Shown: positions 26,109 to 35,473 of the stretch, piece after piece
How positions within the stretch are numbered: position 1 is the first letter of the stretch
Layout of the letters: the number at the start of each line of letters is the position of its first letter
IMG/VR virus record: IMGVR_UViG_3300048574_000531
Location: 1 to 53,476 of that record
Source: a virus
Taxonomy: Duplodnaviria; Caudoviricetes
DNA length: 53,476 nucleotides
Strand: one strand, 5' to 3'
Translations under genes and position numbers: made by a program
Notes under the pieces: generated by a model
What the model was told of the DNA's origin: nothing
Database searches by the model: none
What the model saw: only the letters and a program-made list of their open reading frames with translations

Positions 26109-26995
26109 TGCGATTCTCCTTTGAGTATCTGGGTAAGTTCGCGTGCCGCTCGAAGTGCGGCAGAGAGGTCAGGAGCGACAGCGCCGGGCGTATCGGTCGG
26201 GGTGTCGCCACCCCCGCCAGCAGCGCCAAGCATGCTGGTCTTGAAGTCGTTGATGAGTTCGTTGCGCTGGCTGCGAGGAATGCCGCTGCGAGCCAGGGCG
26301 GCGTCCATGCGGCGCTTGGCCAGGATGGTTTCGCTGCGGTTGCTAGGAGCGCTGGAGATTTCGTCGGACTCCAGGAAGGCATCAGCCCAACCCTTATCCA
26401 CGGCCTCGCGCCCACCGATCCAGGTCTCGGAATCCATCTGATTCACGATGTCATCCAAGTCGATGCCAGTGCGCTGGGCATAGATGTCCGCCAATGCCAT
26501 GTCGAATGGCTCCAGCCAGTCAGCAACCTCGCGAAAATCGTTACGGTTGCCCATGGCGATCAGCCAGGCGTTGTGGATCATCAGGAATGCGGCCCGGCCG
26601 ATGCGGATTTCATCACCCGACATGGCGATGAAGGAGGCAGCCGATGCGGCGAGGCCGATGATGTTCACCGTCACTTTGCCCTTGTGCTCGCGTAGCAGGC
26701 TATAGATCGCTAGCCCCTCGAACACATCGCCGCCAGGGCTGTTGATGTTGACGGTGACATCGACATCGTTGCCGATGGATCGCAGCACGCCGGCAATGCG
26801 CTTCGCAGTCACGCCTTCGCCAGTCCACCAGTCGTAGCCGATCGGCTCGTAGATAGTAATAGTGGTGTCCGGGCTGTCCCCGGCTGCAGCGCGAAGCTCA
26901 GGACGCCATGCATCCAGCGCTTTCGGCGCGAGCTCGCACTGGACGCCCGCGCGCGGCCGAGCCTCCGGCGCTGCCGGAAGATTTCGCAAGGTCAT
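26105..26995 (-). CDS. ClpP-type prohead maturation protease
   Basis: INSPGGDVFEG, GLAASAASFIAM, LMIHN, ETW...EAV..GWAD. Confidence 0.95.
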   Translation of the reverse strand: MTLRNLPAAPEARPRAGVQCELAPKALDAWRPELRAAAGDSPDTTITIYEPIGYDWWTGEGVTAKRIAGVLRSIGNDVDVTVNINSPGGDVFEGLAIYSLLREHKGKVTVNIIGLAASAASFIAMSGDEIRIGRAAFLMIHNAWLIAMGNRNDFREVADWLEPFDMALADIYAQRTGIDLDDIVNQMDSETWIGGREAVDKGWADAFLESDEISSAPSNRSETILAKRRMDAALARSGIPRSQRNELINDFKTSMLGAAGGGGDTPTDTPGAVAPDLSAALRAARELTQILKGESQ

Positions 26996-26998
26996 GGG

Positions 26999-28306
26999 TT
27001 ACTCCTGTTTTTCTGGCTGGCTGAGCCAGGTCATGAGCGCGGCGCGGACGGCCTGGCTCTCATTGGATTGACCGAGTTGGTCGAGGGGGACAAGGTTGGA
27101 TTGCACGGTAAGTACGTCTGCGTTTCCGCCTTTGCGCGGCAGGTTCTCTTTCACGCGGCAATCGTCGCGGGTATAGATGCCATTCTGGGTCATCTGGCTG
27201 TATAGCTGCGCCCGCCCCTCACTGTCGGCGCGAAGGAAGGCCTCCAAGGAGAATTCAGCGTAGTATTTCTGCCGCTCAATCGGAGTCAGCAGGCGTTTGT
27301 TCACGCACTGCTGAATCTGATTGGTGAAAGAGCTTATGCAGAAGGTCAGGAAGGCCAGCATCTGCTGCTCCAGGCCCGTCCCCCAGTTGCTGCCCTTGTC
27401 TGTCTGCCCGATCATCCAGGGCGGAACCCCGAACCACCGACAGATTTCCTCAATGCTGAATGCTCTGGATTCAAGGAGCTGCGCATCGGAAGGATTGATG
27501 CCGATGGTCTCCGGGGAGATCCCCTGCTCCAGAACAGGGGATTTTCCTGAGTTCAGGGCGCCAGAAATGGTCTTGACATACTCACGGAACTCTTCGCGTT
27601 GGGCAGGCTGCAGCACCCGGTCAACCTTAAAGGCCACCGTGGGCAGAAGGCCATTCTTGAACGTGCCATTCGCCGCGTCATCCGCCGACATCGCTGAGCC
27701 GAACACGTCCACGCCATAGCAGATCGCCGAAAGACCAATTCGACCATCCAGCGTGAAAGCCGGGATGTGCAGCATGTCCTTTCGGTCAATCTTCCGGCGT
27801 GCGCCTTTCTTCGGCGTGTAGTGGTACTCCAAACGCCCGCTGTCGTCGCATTCCAGGTCGATACGCGATGGAAGCAAGAAGTCCAGCGCCACCACTCGAT
27901 CACCTATTCGCCGAATCTCGGCGTAGGCATTCCCCCAGAGCAGCATGGAGGAAACAATCGCCTGCCAGAACTGAAATGCGGTCATATCGTCATTGGGGCT
28001 GGTATGAACGATGTCGTAGAGTGGCAAGCTCCTGGCAGCCTCACGGCTTCCATCCGCCCTCCTCTCGTACACCCCCATCGGGAGTCCGGCAACCGAGGTT
28101 GAAATGATCCGCACGCAAGCCCAGACCGCCGATAGGCGCATTGCGCTATCGACCGTTACAGGCTTCCCACTGGAAGACGTCCGACCGAGCATTTGCGTCC
28201 AGAAATCGCCATCGGTCAGCCGGATCGTCTTTCCCGCCCAGCCAAATAGAGACGCCTGTGGGGCTTTCGCTGCACGATTCAGCACCTGGGCCAGACTTTT
28301 ACTCAC
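26999..28306 (-). CDS. Portal protein, HK97 family
   Basis: SAVWACVRIIS, LLWGNAYA, QLLESR.FS.EEICRWFGVPP. Confidence 0.97.
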   Translation of the reverse strand: MSKSLAQVLNRAAKAPQASLFGWAGKTIRLTDGDFWTQMLGRTSSSGKPVTVDSAMRLSAVWACVRIISTSVAGLPMGVYERRADGSREAARSLPLYDIVHTSPNDDMTAFQFWQAIVSSMLLWGNAYAEIRRIGDRVVALDFLLPSRIDLECDDSGRLEYHYTPKKGARRKIDRKDMLHIPAFTLDGRIGLSAICYGVDVFGSAMSADDAANGTFKNGLLPTVAFKVDRVLQPAQREEFREYVKTISGALNSGKSPVLEQGISPETIGINPSDAQLLESRAFSIEEICRWFGVPPWMIGQTDKGSNWGTGLEQQMLAFLTFCISSFTNQIQQCVNKRLLTPIERQKYYAEFSLEAFLRADSEGRAQLYSQMTQNGIYTRDDCRVKENLPRKGGNADVLTVQSNLVPLDQLGQSNESQAVRAALMTWLSQPEKQE

Positions 28307-28463
28307 TGGTCAGCCCCTTGCGGATGAATGCCGCGCCAGCGAAGGAAGCGCAAGCGCCGGCCATGAGTGACCAGCCAAGCCCGAAAAGGACGAAAGCGCC
28401 CGCCACAAAGAGCGCCAGCCCAATCGTGCCGAGCAGGAGGTAAAGTCCAGTGGCGAAGTTCAT
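28299..28463 (-). CDS. Small hydrophobic protein between terminase and portal (54 aa)
   Basis: Translated by hand: MNFATGLYLLLGTIGLALFVAGAFVLFGLGWSLMAGAC...; overlaps both neighbours. Confidence 0.75.
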   Translation of the reverse strand: MNFATGLYLLLGTIGLALFVAGAFVLFGLGWSLMAGACASFAGAAFIRKGLTSE

Positions 28464-30151
28464 GCGATGATCGGGTTCCGTATGGCATTCATGAAGTCGT
28501 CACCGTCATCAACGCCGGCAACCAGTGCGCGCCCCATTGTCATAATCAAGGTCACCGGACCATCGATCTTGCAATTGGGGTCGTTGTCATTTTCTTTGCG
28601 CGGATAGATGTTCTCTTTGGCATCGATCTTGGCCGCCACGTTTCCCATCATCCAGGTCATGACGGGGTTGCCGTCATGCCAGAGCGTCCGCGCGATTATC
28701 CTGGCCTCCACCTCCTTCATCGGGTCGCTCATGTTCTTCACCGTCTGGTTGAAGTCCACGACCGGAATTGAGGTGTTCGAAAGCCGGGTTATCAGGTAGT
28801 TGGCTTGCCAATCGTCGAAGGCGACATCCTGCAGATCGACCTGCTTCGCGAATTCAAGGATGTCCGCCTCGATGAAGGCGTAGTCGGTCATGCTCCCGGG
28901 CGTCAGGATCAGATGCCCGTCGAGCGCGAAATTCTGGTACTTCTCGTTTTCCTCGGCTGCAGCTTCGGGGGCATAGAACCGAGGTATGCAGTAAAACTGC
29001 CCGGCCTTCTCGAACAGCATTACCAGGGCGGCGACGTCTTTCTTGCTAGCCAGGTCCAAGGCCATCCAGCACCTGCAGCCAGCCATGTCCGAAATAGTGA
29101 AGTCGCGCTTCTGCCGCTGCCAGGCCAGCATATTCATCCAGGCCGTCCGAGCGCCTACCCATTGGTTCAGGTGTTTGGTGCGGAAGGCGTTCTGCTTCGA
29201 TGCCGAGCGCTTGGCCTGCTGGAGCTGCGCCAAGAGGAAATCCGGGAATACCGAAATTCCATAATTCGGGTTGGCCTTGATCAGGCTGGCCGGGGCATCC
29301 CAGGGGTCATCCTCGTCGATGGTGTAGATGATCCCGAAAATCGTCTCGTCGACCGTCTGCCCTTCGAGAATGCGGATCACGTCCCGGCGCTTCTCATAGC
29401 ATGGGCCGCCGAGGTTCGATCCTGCCGTCGTGATGATCGACAGTAGTGGCTGCTCACGCGCGCCCATGCCGGTCTGCATGGTGTCCACCATGGCATCGGT
29501 GTCGTGCTCATGATATTCATCAACCAGCGCGGCATGAGGGCTTGCGCCATCCCCTGGATTGCCGATGACCGTCTCGAACTTCGACATGTCCTCCATTACA
29601 AACATGGGGCCTGGGTTCTTCTGATTCCCCGCCAACTCGATGCCATACCTGCTCCGCAGGTTGGCCAGCTTGTAGGCCATCATCCATGCTGGCCGGAAGA
29701 CCTCATAAGCCTGCTTCTCGGTCGTGGCGCCGGAGTAAATCTCCGCACCCGCCTCGCCATCTGCGGCGAACAGGTAAATCCCCCTCGCTGCTAGACGAGC
29801 CGATTTGCCGTTCTTCCGGGGAATCTCTTCGTACGACTCGCGGAACCTTCGCTTGCCGGTTTCCTTCTTCACCCAGCCGAACAGGTTGGCTTCGATGAAG
29901 ACCTGCCACGGCTCAAAGACCAGCTTCGACTTCGACGCGCTCCACTTCCCCTTCGTGTGAGGCATGAGCTGCATGAATCGAACAGCCCGATCCGCCTTCG
30001 CCTCATCGAAGACGTAAGGCCAGTCATCATCGCCTTGTCGCGCCAGGTCATTCACGAAGCGTTGGCACGCCAGCTTCACGTAGCGACAGGCAATGACACG
30101 ACCCTCCACGACATCGCTCGCATACTGTCGCGCAATGTCGCTGGGGGTCAT
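28460..30151 (-). CDS. terL: Terminase large subunit
   Basis: IPRKNGKS Walker A, ALVDEYHEH Walker B, ITTAG, ALDLAS, KIDG. Confidence 0.97.
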   Translation of the reverse strand: MTPSDIARQYASDVVEGRVIACRYVKLACQRFVNDLARQGDDDWPYVFDEAKADRAVRFMQLMPHTKGKWSASKSKLVFEPWQVFIEANLFGWVKKETGKRRFRESYEEIPRKNGKSARLAARGIYLFAADGEAGAEIYSGATTEKQAYEVFRPAWMMAYKLANLRSRYGIELAGNQKNPGPMFVMEDMSKFETVIGNPGDGASPHAALVDEYHEHDTDAMVDTMQTGMGAREQPLLSIITTAGSNLGGPCYEKRRDVIRILEGQTVDETIFGIIYTIDEDDPWDAPASLIKANPNYGISVFPDFLLAQLQQAKRSASKQNAFRTKHLNQWVGARTAWMNMLAWQRQKRDFTISDMAGCRCWMALDLASKKDVAALVMLFEKAGQFYCIPRFYAPEAAAEENEKYQNFALDGHLILTPGSMTDYAFIEADILEFAKQVDLQDVAFDDWQANYLITRLSNTSIPVVDFNQTVKNMSDPMKEVEARIIARTLWHDGNPVMTWMMGNVAAKIDAKENIYPRKENDNDPNCKIDGPVTLIMTMGRALVAGVDDGDDFMNAIRNPIIA

Positions 30152-30152
30152 G

Positions 30153-30533
30153 TCAGAAATCCTCGAACTCGTCCTTCTCCTTCGGCTTTTCCAGGCCGAA
30201 CTTCTGCCGGTCGGACGGGGTTAATCCCAGCCTGGCCAGGTTGCCAATGAGGTGTGTGTACTTGCCGACTGCGAACTCAGTCGGATCGGCGCGGTATTCG
30301 GCCAGCAGGTTGGCGGTGACTTCCAGGATGATCCGGTCGGAACCGGTCAGGACGCCTTTCATCGATTGCGAGCAAAGCTCTTTCCATGCGAGCCGCGCCG
30401 GGCCTTGAAGGTGAATGGGGGCATCACCAATATCCCCCTCGCCCTTCGCCGACTCCTGCCGGTAGCGCTGTGGATTCTTCTTGTCAGCCCCCTTGAACTT
30501 CGCCACCTCGGCAGGCTGCTTGTGACGGGCCAT
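30153..30533 (-). CDS. terS: Terminase small subunit
   Basis: Directly upstream of terL; LGLTPSDR C-terminal motif. Confidence 0.88.
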   Translation of the reverse strand: MARHKQPAEVAKFKGADKKNPQRYRQESAKGEGDIGDAPIHLQGPARLAWKELCSQSMKGVLTGSDRIILEVTANLLAEYRADPTEFAVGKYTHLIGNLARLGLTPSDRQKFGLEKPKEKDEFEDF

Positions 30534-30559
30534 CTGGAAACCTGAATTCTGTGGAAATG

Positions 30560-30630
30560 GAAAAAAGGGGTCGGGCGCGGTGTCCGAGAGGGGAGGCCTA
30601 CGGTTTCGACCCGCCCCCACCCCTACCTCC
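30560..30630. other. Probable cos region
   Basis: Non-coding gap between packaging HNH and terS with G/C runs; minus strand CGGACACCGCGCCCGAC resembles 3'-cos sites of HK97/D3-type phages. Confidence 0.5.
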
Positions 30631-30664
30631 ATCCCTGGTTCGCACCGTTCTGGTGCGCCCAGCG

Positions 30665-30976
30665 TCAGCGCCCTCGGGCCGCCTCGCGTGCCGTCTTCCG
30701 CGCGTGGCAGGGGTGAGCCGCGATGGCCATCAGGTTCGAGTCGTCATCCGTGCCCCCTAGGCTGAGCGGGATGATGTGATCGACCTCGTTGGCTATGCGC
30801 TTCATGCCCTTGCATTCGGAGCACTGGCACAGGTAACCGTCGCGCTTGAGAATGCGGTCACGCTTACGGCGCCAGGGCCGACCACCTCGACCATTACCCC
30901 ATGACTGTTCGGCCACCTCGTGCTTGGGCACATTCGCGGCCTTGGGCTTACTGTGCTTTTGCGGAAGATCAGGCAT
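30665..30976 (-). CDS. Packaging-associated HNH endonuclease (HK97 gp74-like)
   Basis: WRRKRDRILKRDGYLCQC..C...VDHIIP...GGTD...NL...CHARKT. Confidence 0.92.
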   Translation of the reverse strand: MPDLPQKHSKPKAANVPKHEVAEQSWGNGRGGRPWRRKRDRILKRDGYLCQCSECKGMKRIANEVDHIIPLSLGGTDDDSNLMAIAAHPCHARKTAREAARGR

Positions 30977-31208
30977 CGCTCAATCCCAGGTGCTTGGCGA
31001 CTACCAGCGATTCGGCCAGGTCATTGCCGTTCACATCGCGCCACTCTGATACGCCGGCATCCTCCCAAGTGATGGGCTGGCCTGGCGGGTCAAGCCTGGC
31101 TCGCACTACCTTGTACCTAGCCTGCAGGATCAGCTTGCCGAACCAACCGCGGCGCACGCGCATGGCATCGATCTCGGTGCATTTGGTTCGACCGTAGATT
31201 GGCATCAT
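30969..31208 (-). CDS. Hypothetical protein
   Basis: Coupled ORF in late operon; RRGWFGKLILQ. Confidence 0.6.
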   Translation of the reverse strand: MMPIYGRTKCTEIDAMRVRRGWFGKLILQARYKVVRARLDPPGQPITWEDAGVSEWRDVNGNDLAESLVVAKHLGLSDA

Positions 31209-31453
31209 CTCGTCTTCTGCGGGGGCCTGCGATACCATGCCAGCTCGTAGCGCCAGGCTTCATCAGGTATCTGCTCAATAACCCAACGTATGCATTGCAG
31301 GTAAAGGCGTTCTGGCTTGCTCGGGCTAGGCCGTATTGATTGCACCAGATATGCCGAGCCGCGAGCAGTGGTAATGAAGTCTCCAACCATCAGGCCTTCG
31401 GCTCCGTCGATATACAGCTTGCACGGAGTGAATGGTTGGCGTTGCCGAGCCAT
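31205..31453 (-). CDS. Hypothetical protein
   Basis: Coupled ORF. Confidence 0.6.
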   Translation of the reverse strand: MARQRQPFTPCKLYIDGAEGLMVGDFITTARGSAYLVQSIRPSPSKPERLYLQCIRWVIEQIPDEAWRYELAWYRRPPQKTR

Positions 31454-31650
31454 CAGCGAATTACCTTGCCACTCAGGTAAGTCTGCGGCTCTGCATCCGG
31501 ATCGCGCTCATCGGCCATGGCATCAACCAAAGCGAGGAGCAGGCTATTTGTCTTGCGCTGCTCATCGAGGATCTGCGCTAGGATCGATTCATCCTTTGCC
31601 GCCCGTGCTTTCTTCGGGGGTGGCGGTATGTCGCGCCAACTACCTACCAT
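31453..31650 (-). CDS. Hypothetical protein
   Basis: Coupled ORF; QILDEQRKTN.LL.AL. Confidence 0.55.
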   Translation of the reverse strand: MVGSWRDIPPPPKKARAAKDESILAQILDEQRKTNSLLLALVDAMADERDPDAEPQTYLSGKVIR

Positions 31651-31792
31651 TGGCGCTCTCCTTGTCAGCGATACCGGTCTCTTCGGTTCGCTCGTTGGGT
31701 TTTCCTTTGAATAGATGGGCAGCCCGCTCTCTAGCGAGCAGGATGTACTTCATCATCCGTTCACGGCGGCGGGCACATGCACCACAGGCCAT
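31640..31792 (-). CDS. Small hypothetical protein (MACGACARRRE)
   Basis: GGAG RBS; follows the spanin. Confidence 0.5.
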   Translation of the reverse strand: MACGACARRRERMMKYILLARERAAHLFKGKPNERTEETGIADKESANGR

Positions 31793-31797
31793 TGCCG

Positions 31798-32286
31798 CTA
31801 CTCCTTCCCGCTTGCACTGCGCACCCACTCCTGCAGCTTCCTTAGCTCTTCGGCGTTGGCGCGACAGTCTGCGTAGTTGTCGGCGACGGTTGCGGCGACG
31901 GTAGAGATTGCAATTCCCGAGGGGGCTTCATCAGCAGCGCCGGCGCTTCCGGATAGTGGCACTCCCTGGGCGGCTGCGTCATGCACCCGGACAAAGCCAG
32001 CAGGCACAGTGCAAGCGGCATCAGCTTTGGCAGTGACATACACAGGGACCTCTTTCGTGATTGTGCGGCCGATCTTCTCCACCACCTGCACTCGGTCAAC
32101 GTATTCGGTGACGATCCGGTCACGGACGATGCCCGCTGCCTGGCCGCGCTTGTACTCGGCAGCGAGTTCTGCATCCTGCAGTTGTTTTGCCTTGGCCTGT
32201 TCGTGGTTCGCACCGGTTATCCATCCATGGCCCCATGTGGCGACCATTACGACAGCTGCGGCGATCCAGCCGTAGGGAATGCTCAC
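31798..32286 (-). CDS. Inner-membrane spanin (Rz-like)
   Basis: N-terminal TM segment, after endolysin; ACTVPAGFVRVHDAA...NYADC...L..LQ.W. Confidence 0.85.
   Translation of the reverse strand: MSIPYGWIAAAVVMVATWGHGWITGANHEQAKAKQLQDAELAAEYKRGQAAGIVRDRIVTEYVDRVQVVEKIGRTITKEVPVYVTAKADAACTVPAGFVRVHDAAAQGVPLSGSAGAADEAPSGIAISTVAATVADNYADCRANAEELRKLQEWVRSASGKE
31842..32039 (-). CDS. Embedded outer-membrane spanin (Rz1-like lipoprotein)
   Basis: Alternative frame within Rz; lipobox LSGC followed by a Pro-rich segment. Confidence 0.75.
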   Translation of the reverse strand: MSLPKLMPLALCLLALSGCMTQPPRECHYPEAPALLMKPPRELQSLPSPQPSPTTTQTVAPTPKS

Positions 32287-32786
32287 TTGACCCCCTCCAG
32301 GCATACAGCACGCTCAGCCATGCGTCGATTGGTCAACCCCCGCACTTCCTTGCCGCCCGCCCTGTTCCACCGAAGCAGCTCGTTGCATGCACCGATATGA
32401 TCACCAGCGTTGAGCTTGGCTTGCAGGGTTGAGCCGCACATGACATTCGGCCCCAGGTTGTACCCGGCCGACACATACGCGCCTCGCTCCTTGTCGCTGA
32501 TCGGGACTTGAATGCATCGATTGATGTAGCTGTTGGCCAGCTGCAGTTCTTCGGCCAGCTTGGCGTCGCACTGAGCCGCGGTGTAACTAGTGCCAGACTT
32601 CACGCCGCGGGTGATCCCGTCGCATGCCGTCCACACGCCTACGATGTCCTGATAGGCGACGTATACTGTACCTGTGGGCGTGGTGAGCTTCGTCTGCTCC
32701 CTGCCCTCCCAGGGCACGACAAGGCCGATTGCAGCGGCTAGCGCAGCGCCGGCGAGGACGCCAGACTTCTGCCTACGCGTTGCCAT
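32283..32786 (-). CDS. Endolysin, GH24 lysozyme with SAR-type N-terminus
   Basis: Basic N-terminus plus Gly/Ala-rich segment, EG...AYQDIVGVWTACDG, GLTNRR..E. Confidence 0.92.
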   Translation of the reverse strand: MATRRQKSGVLAGAALAAAIGLVVPWEGREQTKLTTPTGTVYVAYQDIVGVWTACDGITRGVKSGTSYTAAQCDAKLAEELQLANSYINRCIQVPISDKERGAYVSAGYNLGPNVMCGSTLQAKLNAGDHIGACNELLRWNRAGGKEVRGLTNRRMAERAVCLEGVK

Positions 32787-32787
32787 T

Positions 32788-32985
32788 CTATTCTCTGACC
32801 TTCGGCTGGTAGACGAACCGAGCAACCGTGGCGATCAGCAGTGCCATCCGGTAGACGGTCAGGTCCATCGTGTCCGGCGCGTAATCGAGGAATGCACGCA
32901 GCAGATCAGGCAGCAACTGGAGAAGTACCAGAGCCTGCACGCTGGCGAGTTTCCAGGCCTTGCGCCATTCCGGAATGATCTTCAT
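32788..32985 (-). CDS. Putative holin
   Basis: 65 aa, two hydrophobic segments, WRKAWKLASVQ, directly before the endolysin. Confidence 0.7.
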   Translation of the reverse strand: MKIIPEWRKAWKLASVQALVLLQLLPDLLRAFLDYAPDTMDLTVYRMALLIATVARFVYQPKVRE

Positions 32986-33311
32986 TGCCCGCCCACGGCT
33001 CGCTTATTGTACTCGATCAAGCGGTCCATCTTGGCACCGAGGGCGTTGTAGTCCTCGCGTGCCTGACGCTTGATCGTGTCGAGTTCAGCATCCTGTCTGG
33101 CGTCAGTACGGCGCTGAGTGTCGATGATCTGAGTCATGGCCTGTGTCTGTGTAGCCATGTTGGCCTGCAGTACCGCTATCTGGCCCTGTATGTTGAATGC
33201 GAATGCCAGTGCCGAAACGATGATCGCGCCTGTAGTTAAGATGTGGCTGAGCGATATGGATTTATCGAGGTGCCACTGTCTGCGGTCCATTTCGTGATCC
33301 TCATTGGACAT
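32982..33311 (-). CDS. Lysis-cassette membrane protein
   Basis: One TM segment plus coiled coil; first late gene. Confidence 0.65.
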   Translation of the reverse strand: MSNEDHEMDRRQWHLDKSISLSHILTTGAIIVSALAFAFNIQGQIAVLQANMATQTQAMTQIIDTQRRTDARQDAELDTIKRQAREDYNALGAKMDRLIEYNKRAVGGQ

Positions 33312-33329
33312 GACCCCAGCCCCGAAACA

Positions 33330-33423
33330 AAAACGCCCCGCAAAGGCGAGGCTCAAAATACGAAACCCCGCTCGATGGCGGGGTCTGGAAATGAAAAGCC
33401 CCGGCGTTTCGGCCAGGGCTTTA
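33330..33423 (-). terminator. Stacked hairpin terminators (tR'-like) in the late leader
   Basis: Three GC hairpins each followed by T-runs on the minus strand. Confidence 0.65.
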
Positions 33424-33458
33424 TGATCTTTAATGCGTTAATTCCGCAGAATGATGGA

Positions 33459-33488
33459 ATTTTGTTGCATTGTTGCAGCAACTGTCAA
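33459..33488 (-). promoter_or_regulatory. Late promoter pR'-like
   Basis: TTGACA-N18-CAAAAT with repeated TGCAAC in the spacer (candidate Q-binding element). Confidence 0.6.
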
Positions 33489-33489
33489 G

Positions 33490-33699
33490 TCATTTATTCG
33501 CCAGGCATTCCAGCCCGAATTGCACGAGGTACGGCGCAGTTTTATGTTGTTCGCTGCCCTCGTCGGCAAGATAGTAGCGCATCATTCTGTCAGAAACCCC
33601 TATCAAACCAGCTGCGCGGCGCTGGCTTATGCAAGCCTCATCCAGCAGCCCGCGCAGGTAGCGCGGGTCTGGGTTGTGGTTGGACGCGTCAGGCTTCAT
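33490..33699 (-). CDS. aca1: Anti-CRISPR-associated HTH protein Aca1
   Basis: PDASNHNPDPRYLRGLL...ISQRRAA..IG.SDR.MRYYL...APY.VQF.LECLAN matches Aca1 as recalled. Confidence 0.92.
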   Translation of the reverse strand: MKPDASNHNPDPRYLRGLLDEACISQRRAAGLIGVSDRMMRYYLADEGSEQHKTAPYLVQFGLECLANK

Positions 33700-33895
33700 C
33701 GCTTTCGAACTGCTCGCGGCGAACCTTCTGTGACTCGTCGATCAGAGCCAGCCATTGATCCTCGCTCAGGTCGTCAGTGTCTACCACGCATTCGCGGCTG
33801 AGCAGCCCCATCATGATGCGTCCATCCAGTTCGTCAGCCTCCGAACCCATCAGTTCGGACACTTCGTAGGTGGTGGTGTCGTTGGTGATTTTCAT
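33689..33895 (-). CDS. acrIE3: Type I-E anti-CRISPR AcrIE3
   Basis: 68-aa acidic protein MKITNDTTTYEV.ELMGSEADELDGRIMMGLL..., recalled as near-identical to AcrIE3; directly upstream of aca1. Confidence 0.85.
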   Translation of the reverse strand: MKITNDTTTYEVSELMGSEADELDGRIMMGLLSRECVVDTDDLSEDQWLALIDESQKVRREQFESDEA

Positions 33896-33995
33896 GGCTT
33901 CTATCCTTCTTGGCGCCTCGCCGTTGTGGCTGGCATGGGTTAAATAATACAGGAACCTATTGCCTAGTAAGCTACCGTTCGTCGGATTAAGGCGG

Positions 33996-34574
33996 TCAGG
34001 CCGCCTCAAATAATAGAACCCCTTCTGCTCGCAAAATTTCTTCCGTTTCACCCATCGCCCCACTGATCATGTCATTCAGCACCGCCTCAATGTTGCTTTT
34101 CCACCTCCAGTAGGTCGTGCGATTGAGTCCCTGACTGTCCCAGTTACTCACGTCATAGAACTCAGAGCCCAGAACGATCATGTCGCTGGAGCGTTTGCCC
34201 GTCACTCCCTTGAGTGGCGGGATCGCCCAGGCCGTGACGGCCTTCGTGATGAACAGGCGAGGCGCCGGCGAAGCGATGATCGGGCACAGCGCGCTGATGG
34301 CCTGGACCTTCTTGCCCTTGTGCGTACTGTACTTCGCAACAAGCGCATTCCAGTGCCGGGGCTTGAGCTGACTATGCAGCCTGGCATAGACCCAGCAGTC
34401 TACGTCCATGCGGGTGAGATCGCCCGCCCTGGAGCGCGCCAGGGTCGCCAGGTCGAACCCGTCTTGATAGCCCGGCCGATAGAGCTTCTGCCAGGCCTGC
34501 TTGCTCGTGTTGTCGATGCAATCCGAGGCTAACGCAGAGACTACGGCGCTTAGAGTAGATACGTAGATGGACAT
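33996..34574 (-). CDS. Late antiterminator Q-like protein
   Basis: Last nin-region gene before late promoter and lysis genes; C-terminal HTH-like RTTYWRWK. Confidence 0.65.
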   Translation of the reverse strand: MSIYVSTLSAVVSALASDCIDNTSKQAWQKLYRPGYQDGFDLATLARSRAGDLTRMDVDCWVYARLHSQLKPRHWNALVAKYSTHKGKKVQAISALCPIIASPAPRLFITKAVTAWAIPPLKGVTGKRSSDMIVLGSEFYDVSNWDSQGLNRTTYWRWKSNIEAVLNDMISGAMGETEEILRAEGVLLFEAA

Positions 34575-34583
34575 GGACTATCC

Positions 34584-35105
34584 TCAGGCGTAGCGCGCAA
34601 ATTCTTGGTGCATTGTTTTCCTTACCTCAAGAAGCGCTGCTTCCGCAGCTTCCACGGTACGGTGCAATCCAAGCGCTTTTATCTTGCCGTTCTCGTCTCT
34701 TATCTGCGCCCTCCAGCGTTTCCTTGCTTTAACCCAGTAGACGCCTTTGACTCCCGACTTATTGCTGCTCGGCGTTTTTCGATTCCTAGCATTCTGTCGC
34801 GGCGTTGCTAGCCTGAGATTTGCCCATGCATTGTTGAAAGAGTCTCCATCAATGTGATCAACGTCCATGCTTGGCCACGCACCGGTCATGTACAGCCACG
34901 CAAGCCTATGCGCTGCGTATGCTCTCTTATTGATCATGATTGCGCGGTATCTCCGAACGCCTCCAGTCGAGCCCGCCACGGCGCCAACCGCTATGTTTCC
35001 CCTTGCAACCTTCCAGGTAAAGACGCCTGAGGCAGGGAAATACGAAAGCAGATCACGCAATTCTTCATGGGTAACCGATCCGGCTCTTTCGCTTGGATAG
35101 ATCAT
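34584..35105 (-). CDS. HNH homing endonuclease with AP2-like domain
   Basis: AHRLAWLYMTG...VDHIDGD..NN...NLR...SGVKGV. Confidence 0.9.
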   Translation of the reverse strand: MIYPSERAGSVTHEELRDLLSYFPASGVFTWKVARGNIAVGAVAGSTGGVRRYRAIMINKRAYAAHRLAWLYMTGAWPSMDVDHIDGDSFNNAWANLRLATPRQNARNRKTPSSNKSGVKGVYWVKARKRWRAQIRDENGKIKALGLHRTVEAAEAALLEVRKTMHQEFARYA

Positions 35106-35473
35106 GCCGCCTCCCCCTCTATCGGATATTTCCTGATGTGCACGCGAACGGCGCCGCCTGGCACCGGGTCTCCAATGCCTAGCGTGGTCAGGAAGTTGAA
35201 GTCGTTCACGCCCAGGGCATCAGCCACACCATCGCGGCCGGCCTTGAACCGTCCCAACAAATTGTCGTCGTCATATCGGCGACGGCTGGGTGGGCAGAAG
35301 GTGATCCAGAAATACACCTGCCCTTCCGGCGCTGTTACGCCTGCCGCTTTAGTGAGCGCCCAGCACGCCTGACGGTATGCCTTGGCATGCTTGTGGCGCT
35401 GCCTCCAGTGAACCCTGGCGTTCGGGCTCAGTTCCTTCGGCGGCCATGGCAATACCAGATCAATCATGCGCAC
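35102..35473 (-). CDS. RusA-like Holliday junction resolvase
   Basis: LPWPP..LSPNAR.HW...PP.RRRYDDDNL...KAGRDG. Confidence 0.82.
   Translation of the reverse strand: MRMIDLVLPWPPKELSPNARVHWRQRHKHAKAYRQACWALTKAAGVTAPEGQVYFWITFCPPSRRRYDDDNLLGRFKAGRDGVADALGVNDFNFLTTLGIGDPVPGGAVRVHIRKYPIEGEAA

Noticed and set aside
24684-26441. 585-aa + strand ORF and many other long antisense ORFs
   Set aside because: Shadow frames of GC-rich genes on the opposite strand, with no motifs.
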